From Auanema rhodensis (Eukaryota > Animalia > Nematoda), in assembly GCA_964057225.1 (NCBI GenBank), contig OZ059896.1, positions 6,448,001 through 6,512,000 of the forward strand: 64,000 bases of DNA, written 5' to 3'. This document shows, piece after piece, positions 13,589 to 22,692 of this stretch; within the stretch, counting starts at the first letter, position 1; every line of letters starts with the position of its first letter. Made by a program: the position numbers and the translations under genes. The notes beneath the pieces were generated by a model. That model ran no database searches. It worked only from the letters and a program-made list of their open reading frames with translations, and was not told where the DNA came from.

Positions 13589-14267
13589 ATGGTGTATATT
13601 GATTCTAGTAAGTGTTTATATAATTTTAATCTTTATTTAATTATTCACTGATATCTATCCTTCTTAAATACTAATTAATATATATTTTGTAGTTCAATTT
13701 ATAATTTTTTAGAAGGAAACGTTCTTGAGAAGAAGGCGTCTATCTTCGCCTGCATTACTTCTTTTTTCGGCGTTTTCATTGCTTTGTAATTTTTTAATTT
13801 AATTACCGAAAATTAATGAGCTTACTATAGCTTCCTGTCTCTGTTTGGGTTGGACCGAAGCAATTCAACGCCTAACTCATATCGAGATCAACTTCGTAAC
13901 GGTGATGGTGGGACTTGGCCTGGAAGCGGGGGCCCTGGAGGACCTGGTCGCCGGGGAGATGGCAAGTTATTATCATTCTGCAATGCTTTTGGTTACTTGA
14001 AATAACAGCGTACTTTCTTAAAATGATTTCAACAGCCCTGCCGCCTAGACCTGCTTAAAGAATGTTTAAATTATCTACTTTTTCTTCTTCCAGGTCTACG
14101 TCGTCCAATAGGACGGCTTCCTAATAGTAGTGGAATGTCTTGTCCCCCAATGGCTGGGGGAGGATGAGGAAGGTTAGCTTTTTTTGTAAATCTTTTCATG
14201 CTATTATTCGTTTTTTTTTTCGAAAACGAGAATTATTTACAATTTAGTAACGTTTTCTTTTAGGTAA
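13589..14267 (+). CDS. SELENOK: Selenoprotein K (SELENOK/SelK), 101 aa, Sec encoded by TGA at 14165-14167
   Basis: Exons 13589-13607, 13713-13785, 13831-13961 (GC donor), 14094-14172 and 14264-14267 total 306 nt. Protein: MVYIDSKGNVLEKKASIFACITSFFGVFIAFFLSLFGLDRSNSTPNSYRDQLRNGDGGTWPGSGGPGGPGRRGDGLRRPIGRLPNSSGMSCPPMAGGG-U-GR*. It matches the SelK pattern: MVYI..G.VL start, one TM segment, Gly/Pro/Arg-rich tail, PPMAGG-U-GR end. A SECIS lies downstream. Confidence 0.93.
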
Positions 14268-14269
14268 AT

Positions 14270-14288
14270 GTCTGGGTCGCGCCCAGAC
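14270..14288 (+). promoter_or_regulatory. Proximal stem-loop immediately after the SelK stop (candidate UGA-recoding element)
   Basis: GTCTGGG-TCGCG-CCCAGAC forms a 7-bp GC-rich stem in otherwise AT-rich UTR, 11 nt after the UGA in the spliced mRNA. Confidence 0.6.
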
Positions 14289-14409
14289 TGCCTTCACTAA
14301 CAGGAACTCATACATATTAATCGCCCTTAATTTCCGTTTTTTCTGTTTAATCTAAATTATTTAATTACTTTTACCCCTGTACTTTTTCTTTTGTATGATT
14401 CCTGTTATG

Positions 14410-14520
14410 TTCTCATGAAGCCTATCAAGGGTAGGCGTGGCTTTGTGATGCGTACTCGCCAAATCCCATAGAGGAAGCGACTCGTTGATGTACATAGCAT
14501 ACCTTCGATAGCCATGGGAG
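14410..14520 (+). promoter_or_regulatory. SECIS element, form II, GUGA variant, with extended helix I
   Basis: GTGAT at 14445-14449 faces TGAT at 14486-14489 (tandem G.A quartet). Helix II is GCGTACTCGC/GCGACTCGT. Unpaired AAA at 14461-14463 follows the GA after a 12-nt spacer. Apical mini-stem TCC/GGA. Helix I pairs 14422-14439 with 14493-14511 and 14410-14417 with 14513-14520. Confidence 0.85.
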
Positions 14521-17500
14521 CTTCAGCTTCGGCTGCCAATCGAAATACCTTAGCGGGTTTTGTTGGTAATGAAAAACAACCTAAGATTCTTGTCCTCGGT
14601 ACGTTATATCTATTATGTCGTGTTTCATTCATTGTATCTTAAACAAATTATTGATATGTTAACGAGAGATGTTCAAGAAAATATCAATATGATTTATAGT
14701 AAAATGCCTTTCTTGCTGATATTGGTTCTATATTTTTTAATTAGTTGAAAATAAATCCATCTTCAATTGGATAAAGTTGTATAGAATTTTCTCGTTGGCT
14801 GGCTTTGAACATTTTCAATAAATTATAGCTACACTTCTTCAAGATAAATCTTTTCTTTGATAACTAATTACAGATTTCTCAGCAGCGAGAGTAGTAATTA
14901 TAAAAATCACGCGATTTTAACGATAATCTCTTTTATTAATTTTGAATATTTAGGTTGCATGGGCTCGGGAAAGACGTTGTTATGTCGTCAATTAATGTAT
15001 GTTTAAGGCTATATGATATAAGGCCTAATATAATTTTTTAAAATTTAAAATAAAATATTTTGAATAGGTGGAGGAAGTTTCCATTTATTATAATTATTAA
15101 AAAAAAGAAAGTAGATGATTTAAAAAAGAAAACAAAAGTTGAATCTTATTTCATAGAAAACTCATCGTTTTCTTTATTGTTACTTCTTAAAATTCCATTG
15201 TGTTTTGCTTTCTAAAGAATAAAATTTTTACTATAACAACTGAAAAAAAGTGGTTTTGAAAAATGGACAAATGTTTTACTTATGTAGTAATTATATGATA
15301 AATGTTTTTTCCGCAAAAAATAAAGTAATCTTTTTGTAATTTAGTAATTATTTTTTTTAGATAAAATAAATACCAATACTTGTCAAAAACTGAGTATTTC
15401 TCATACGGATTCTGATTAGGAAGATCCTTTAAAATTATGTAATAGATCAAAAACAAAATTATCAAAAAACAAAATAAATCTTAACATAACAGGAAATTTA
15501 TGAATTTTTTTTTATTATATGATTTAGCTTACATAAACAAAATATTATATTTATGTATTATGTATAGAGTTAAATAGTATCAAAATATTATTTATTTTTA
15601 TATGTTTTAAATATTAGATTATCAATTTCTTTAATAAATTTTAAAACAAAAAGATATTTAAACAGATCAAATGGCCTTTTTTATAATTTTACACCTCATT
15701 GTATAAATATGTAATTCATCACCTCGATGATTTTTAGTTCGTTTGTCTAATGTTTTGAATTGTATAATCTTTTGATTTTCTAACTATAATAACACTAAAA
15801 CAACATTGAAATTCTTAAGAAACAGAAAACATATAATGCATTTTAATTATTTAATTATTTAGGAGATATTCCCGAACTCAGACACCTGTTATTTCTTATT
15901 ATATACACACAGTGCAACATCACATCTTAGTCATTTATAGAGCTTTGGAAGATGTTTGTAAGCAACTCGAAGTTGATTATTCCAAGCGTAAAGTAAGCAA
16001 ATTACTTTGAAACTTAATTAATCACATCACTTTAGGAAGAATTTGATATAATAAATGATTTCCGACATAAGGAAACATTAAAAGAAAGCGTTGTTGAATC
16101 TCTTTTGAAGATTGCTTCATCAGGGCTTTACGAAGAATGTCAGACAAAGTCTCGTCGGTTGAAACTGCCTTATAACTATTCATAGTGAGTCTCTCGTTTG
16201 GTGTTAATTTTCTGTTTTTCCTCACTTTTCATTGAGTTTTCCAATTGGGTAAGCATATCTATATTTGTATGTTTACAAACTATTTTTTTATTTAGTTTAT
16301 AAACACTGATAAACAATAAAATAAAAACAAAATGAGTTGAAGCAATCATTATCAATTATTTGTTCGAAGTAACTTAAAGATAAAAAGATGATATTTCTGT
16401 TGCCATGGTAAGATAATCATAACATTGTTCAATGCAAAAGATGAAAAAAAAAGATGAAAAGAGTCATATCGTTAAGACAATCTGCCAAAAATTATTTTTT
16501 TTGAGTAAGCGAAGCTTGAAAAAACTGTCAGCACTTTGAATGTGGTTCCAAATCTTGATCTTTGTTTCTTCATGACGCAACAAATGTCAATTAATTTACT
16601 TTGTGCTGTTGTTAATACTAAATTAAAAGAAGATTTCAGTTTATTTTAAAAAGTACTGTATCTTTAAAGAAATCTTTCTTATGAAATCTCAACAAAAGGT
16701 TTATAGCTCAAAGATTTTCGTATTCAAAGAGAAACTTAAATGCCATAATTTGGTTTCAATGTTAGCGCCGTGAATATTTGATACAACTTAATCTATTCAT
16801 ATGAGATTATTTAAGATATCTCAGTATATTTCATGACATTATAATTTCTTCATATTTATGTGCTTTTATATATTTCAATATATCTCTTAATTATGTTTAT
16901 TCAGCTTCATTTCTTCATTGAAACGGATTTTGGATGAGAAATATATTCCAACCGAGAGTGATATTATCAACTCATATGCTCCAACTATAGGAATATCTGA
17001 TTATCCTATTCGTGTTGGTTCCGCACGCTTTCAGTAGGAATAGATTATTATGATCTGAAATCGTTTTTTTTTTTCAGTCTAGTAGAGTTACCAGGGCATC
17101 ATGTTTTTCGAAGACGTTGGCACGATTTTTTTAAATACACTATGGCTGTTTTCTTTTTAGTTGATTTAAGTGAACTTTGTGAACCTGAATTTTACAAGGT
17201 ATTATCTTGATTGGTATAAACTTTACATAATGATTTACAGGGATATTTGAAAGGGAAAACTCTACAAATATTTAAAGATTTACTGCCTAGTCCGTTACTA
17301 CGAAACGCTGGACTAATTGTTCTGTTTAACAAGAAAGATAGATTTCAAGAGTTGTCAATCAATGTTAATTGGTCAAACTTGGCTCAACACGTAAGAATAT
17401 TGTTTTTCTTCCTTTAAATCCTCAACAAACATCATTTTAGGTTCGTTCAAGTAACGAAGCTTTGTCATTCTATCGATCACAATTTGTAACATTACTTCCA

Positions 17501-17617
17501 AAAGGAAGAAGTTATCATCATTTGGTTAGCATGATTTCATCAAAAAGTTCGGGAGTACTGACTGAATCATTGTCAGCGATTATTAAGCATAATAAAGAAA
17601 ATATGAAGCCATTGTGA
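14514..17617 (+). CDS. Divergent heterotrimeric G-protein alpha subunit, 8 exons, 327 aa
   Basis: Exons 14514-14598, 14954-14996, 15863-15992, 16036-16184, 16905-17033, 17078-17198, 17241-17390 and 17441-17617 total 984 nt and are open. Motifs: MGASAS myristoylation consensus; KILVLGCMGSGKTLLCRQL P-loop; helical domain; YIPTESDII..T.GI; FRRRW..FF; FLVDLSE; LFNKKD. Confidence 0.85.
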
Positions 17618-18246
17618 ATTATATAAGTATATTTTTAGAAAATCATTGTATAGTATGTATAACTAATAAGCATATATTCAAAATTATTATAAATCATTAT
17701 CACTATAATATGTATTCATTGTTAAGCTTTTGATAATAAATGAGCTGAACATTAGATATTGAGATGAAAATCTGTTAAAAGATTGAAAATCAATCCCAAT
17801 TTAAACAATATGGAAGAAAAATGTCTTGAAGGCAATGTCTCTTATTTATATTTTTATAAACTATAGATTATATGAAATGGAAACTAATATATATATATTG
17901 ATGATAGAACAAAGAACATCAACTAATTGCACTAAACATTAGTAAACATCTTTCAACAAAATAAAATACATTATTTATTTTCTCACTATTCCTACTTCTA
18001 AACTATTAGAATTTCCAAATATTGTTCACCAACTTAAATAAGTGTTTTGACATAAGGGCATGGTTAGGTCAATCTGACCAAAGCACCTAGAAGCTTGGTC
18101 ATATAGAACGATAACCCTCACCAAAGGTCACATTAATATCTAACAGACGAATCTAATAATTTCATAGTTATTGTATATAATTTATATATAATTAAAGCAA
18201 ATTTTCATTCTTATCTTTATTCACTTCATTTAAAAAAAGAAGATAT

Positions 18247-18760
18247 GGCTCTTTTCTGTTATTTCCCCCCCCTTGCTAGGCTCCGCCTCTTCTGCCGAAA
18301 CGCGCGCAGTTTTACAACCTGGGGATGAGACTCTGAACCACCCTATAGACTCTAAACCACCTTCACGCACAACTTCCGAACTCCGGGGGTCTGGGGGGTA
18401 TCCCCCCAGTGGGGAGAAGTTATTTTAATAAAAATTATTAACCTATAAATCAGCTTTATTCTCTCTCCCTCGCATAAAAAGTACAATATCTTCAAAAATG
18501 GTATCAAATAGTCTTTTTTGATTGTTCCGTCTTCTCCACACAAAAACTTTTATAACCCTTTTAAAACATGTTAACTTTGTACTTCTTTCAATTGGGGTTA
18601 AACTTCTCCCCACTGGGGGGATACCCCCCAGACCCCCGGAGTTTGGAAGTTGTGCGTGAAGATGGTTTAGAGTCTATTCCGTCCCCAGGTTGTAAAACTG
18701 CGCGCGTTTCGGCAGAAGGGGCGGAGCCTACCGAGGGGGGGGAAATAACAGAAAAGAACC
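18247..18760. mobile_element. Non-autonomous DNA transposon (MITE), 514 bp, ~160-175-bp TIRs, 8-bp TSD; Merlin-like end structure
   Basis: 18247-18421 is a near-perfect inverted copy of 18600-18760. Termini are GG...CC. The direct repeat GAAGATAT flanks both sides (18239-18246 and 18761-18768). The AT-rich spacer has no transposase. Confidence 0.88.
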
Positions 18761-20399
18761 GAAGATATTATTTGATAATCAGTTTTGTATTTAGGATACA
18801 AAATGATATCAGCTTGATATATATATATAATATTTGCAATTTCTGCAGATCACATACATATATATCTTAATACTTTTTCATACAATATATCTTATTCTTT
18901 AATTTTCTATGCAATTTTTTTCGAATTAAACAGCTGTTAACTCATTATACGATAAATTAAGCTATCAATTCTAAGGTCGATTAAAGAACACTTGATACTC
19001 AGTCTATCTTTCCAAGCTGCTAACCGATTCTTTTTTTTTCTTCTCCTATTTTCCACCTGCTTCTTCCAGGATTCATTGTTCTATTCGACTTTTCTATTCC
19101 CTTACATTAAAATGCCGACCCCATCCATCCCTCAGACATTCGCTATTTGTTGGGCGGTACAAAGTGACCTTTGTCCTACAATATCTCTTGTTCTCATATT
19201 TTCTTATACTATTTCAGATATTTCTTCCCAAGATAGAGGTGAGAATGGAATTTTCTACCATCTCTAACATATCTTTTAGTAGCCAAAATACTCACCGCAC
19301 ATATGACTTAATTAACTTTTATGTTGGAGATTTCTATAAGGACCTCTAATGACACATTGTATTGTTTCTTTTACTCAATCTTAAATGAATATCTTATAAG
19401 ATACATCTTTATATAATATTATAAATATGACATCAACTACTCCATTAATCTAATATGCATTATACAATAACGTTATTCATCATCATCTTATTATTTCTAT
19501 ACTATACCATTACTTTCTTCTTCGTTATGTGCATCTATATACATACATATATAAGTTAAGCTTTACAGTTGTCATATCTGATTGGTCATGTTCCAACGTC
19601 AACACCATCGTTAGTTATATTGACTGTACTCTAGAGCTAGATAGTTCTTACTTTGCTGTTGTCTGTTCTATATGGCAGGGTTATGTTTGATCTGTACTTC
19701 TGCTCTCGTAGTGCTCTAGTTATCTCTTGGCAAATAGCCATTAAACCATATTGTACCATACACATCAGGTTTAGCTGAACAGAGGGGAAGGACGCGCAAG
19801 ACGCGTGGCCCATACCAATTTTCTAACATTTCATTTGACTCTATAACTTATTTCTGTTTTATAGTTTAAACTATAAGAAGTCTTTTTCTTTTGTTTTAAA
19901 TTCTCTTACAAATCATGGACTTTTTGCTCAAGAATGATCGTCATTTGGGATTATGTTAGTTTTGCTTTGTTCTTTATTCATTGCGACTCAATCGTCTTTA
20001 ACCTTTTTAATTATAAATACTTTTCTTCGCTATCATCATACTAATTAGGCTCTGGACGATTGCCCTCGTCAATGTTATCATCATCTTCCATATTCGTAAT
20101 TATATGTCCATATTCTCGACCTTGATAACATTTGGCCTGTTGCCCCCGTACCTCTGTTCCCTCGTTTCTTCGTTTCATTCTCTTCTTGTTTCTGTCTCTA
20201 CATCTCTTTCTCTCTATCTATCTTTCTCTTTCGTGTATTTTCCTTACTTCCATCTATATACTAACTCGAACTTTCTGTTGCAATCCTAATCTTTATCTTT
20301 TACATAAGTATACATAAGATAATAACGTTACAGATTCCATATTGATTTTTTTATTTCTTATGGATTTCGGTAATCTTCTTCCCTTAAATCATTTAAGTC

Positions 20400-20900
20400 T
20401 CAAAACTCTAGTGAAGTGTTGCAGTTGCATTCCTCGTTTTCCACATACTTTGCATCTCATATCCACTGCCAGAGGTCATTGCTTCTATTTCAAAATCCTT
20501 TATCCGTTGAATGTTCTCCCCCTTTTTAAGTTCTAAGAGATAAAAGCTGCAATTAACAAGCAAGACAGTTGGCACGATCGATCTACACTATCATTTAATC
20601 AGCTATTTCTCTTGTGTATCTTTTTCACCTTTTCGTTTTTCCAAATCTTCGATGTTATTCTCTTAATACTTCTGACTCAGATTTGATGCCCTTTCTACCG
20701 CTGCAGCATTATTCTTATGTCTTGTGTGTGTGGCCTGTTTGTCAATTCCAACAAGACTTTTCACAACATCTTACCTTTTTACGTTTTAACATTTAAAACA
20801 ACAAATGTTGGGGCCAAATGGATGAGCAATCTGCTTTCGAATGACAATAACCTCTCCCTTGACCGTTATGACTATAAATGGCTTTTCTTTTCACTTCAGT
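20400..20900 (+). mobile_element. Possible highly decayed non-LTR retroelement fragment
   Basis: Frameshifted peptide scraps FSTYFAS, PPF..EIKAAINK and KTFHNIL occur in the order expected just before a LINE reverse transcriptase. There is no intact ORF and no YADD motif was seen. Confidence 0.2.
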
Positions 20901-22692
20901 ATACTATTTTCTAGTTTTTGGCTCTTGTTAGCAAAAACGTATACAGGCTTAGCGACATCCCAGAGATAAATATGAACAAAAGTTCATCCAATAGTTCCAT
21001 ACAGGCTGCACCCGCTCTGAAAAAGAGAAGTACGATCTCACATGTGTCTTCTTTATGTCTTCAATGAACACATGTCTGTCTGACCATCTGCTCTTCGAAG
21101 TTTTTCTTTCTGAAGTTTTCTAAAGAGTTTTTCTGGGAAAGCTCCGCCTCGTTATATTTTGTTTTTGCTTTATCTATTCGTAATCAGATACGGTAAATCT
21201 AAATCTTTGATGTTGTCATATTGTACGCTATCCTTTTATTTCAAATCAAAGTGTTCATTGCCATAAACCTTCTAGAATTTACATCTCAATAAGATATGCT
21301 TGTCTTTCGGTGCTTATGATTGAGCCACATGTTGCTACATATTGAGCCCAAATGCCATCAGAATTAGAAAGTATTTTCATTCTCTCTCGATCTGAATTTC
21401 AATTGTCGATTGCAAAAAAAATTTTTATTGGAAAAAGTTGCTTGCTGTCATAATTTTGTTGTGTATTATTTGTCTTCGAAACTATAACTTGCGCAATGAT
21501 CTCAGGAGATGCCAAAGAAGCGAAGGAACAATGAAAGTGTAGGCAAACATACAGGATGTAGAAATATCCTTTTTGGCCATTCCTTTTACTCACGACCTTA
21601 TCATTTATATTAGTTATCAGAAAAGACGCGACCTTTCACACATCGACCCTGTTCACCCCTGCTGCTAAAAGGAATAGTGAACTTTAAGCATTAAGAGATA
21701 TTTGAGTATATAAAAAACAAACCTACAATCATCCCTAAAATTAACATTATTTTCCCAAAATAGGAGATTTTCTTTCATAATTTGTATTTATAGTATTATT
21801 TAAAAAATACACCCCCCTCCCCAACCTACAATATCAAATTGATTTCTGCTATAGATAGTGCACATTGTGATCACTTACAGAACGCGTTTTTGGCAGTGAT
21901 AAGCGTTTTTTTTTTCGAACGAGACATTCATACTTATTTCATACCGTTCGTAAAAAAAGTAGTCCTCCTACTTATCTAATCAATGTTTCTTGATTTTCAA
22001 ATTATCTTGTATTCTCGATTCAACTTCTTCACATACTGAGCATTTCTTTGGTTTATGAAGTTCACGAACCATCTGCTGCATTTTTTCTCGTACTGAAAGG
22101 AGATCCATTGATTGATTCTGCCCGTTTTCTTCTCATCCGGCTCTCATTGCCTTTTTATAATCCTTTTCTATCTGCCGAAGAACAGTTGTGCCTAGTCGAA
22201 GGCGTATCAAATGAGTCATTCGAACTGTTTGTTGGAAAGGAGGAAAAAATCGGGGATCTCAATTATTCTAGTACCAGCTTGTTATTCCTCACTAAGGAAA
22301 CGATACAGTCGTGAAAGAATAAGAAGATTCCATTTATATGAATAGCTCTGATACTTGTATTACAAATCGTCTGGATGGGCTTGATAACTGAAGTTGAAAT
22401 TAATTATACGATAGAGTCGATGGAGGAGATCTATTTGTTCTAAAACTAAAAAATATTTTAGAGTTCCTTTTTGCTTATCAATTGATAGTTTATAGATAAT
22501 TTTCATTTCGGATATGTCAAGATTTGATTTTCATTGTTTCATTTACTATTATTCTGCCATAATTTATTCTTACCGTCGTCTTTTGTCCTTTCCTCTCAAT
22601 CAACTTATGGAACTCGTTTTTTGATCAACTTATAGAAATCGTTTAGGTGGAAACCTGGTTTAGCCACCACAAAGGAGCTCAAAGCCGTGAGG

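Noticed and set aside
14165-14167. Reading the SelK TGA as an ordinary stop
   Set aside because: It aligns with the Sec position of SELENOK, is followed by the conserved GR-stop across an intron, and a well-formed SECIS lies downstream.
14415-14436. ATGA at 14415 as a canonical AUGA SECIS core
   Set aside because: It has no opposing GA and no correctly spaced apical adenosines; the GTGA at 14445 meets all the criteria.
14405-14632. Minus-strand 75-aa ORF
   Set aside because: It is the antisense shadow of the SECIS and G-alpha exon 1, with no recognisable protein.
16022-16225. Minus-strand 67-aa ORF
   Set aside because: Antisense to G-alpha exon 4.
18352-18870. ORFs overlapping the MITE
   Set aside because: They arise from the GC-rich TIRs and have no transposase motifs.
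19570-19828. Possible solo LTR (TGT...ACA)
   Set aside because: No matching TSD, primer-binding site or second copy in the window.
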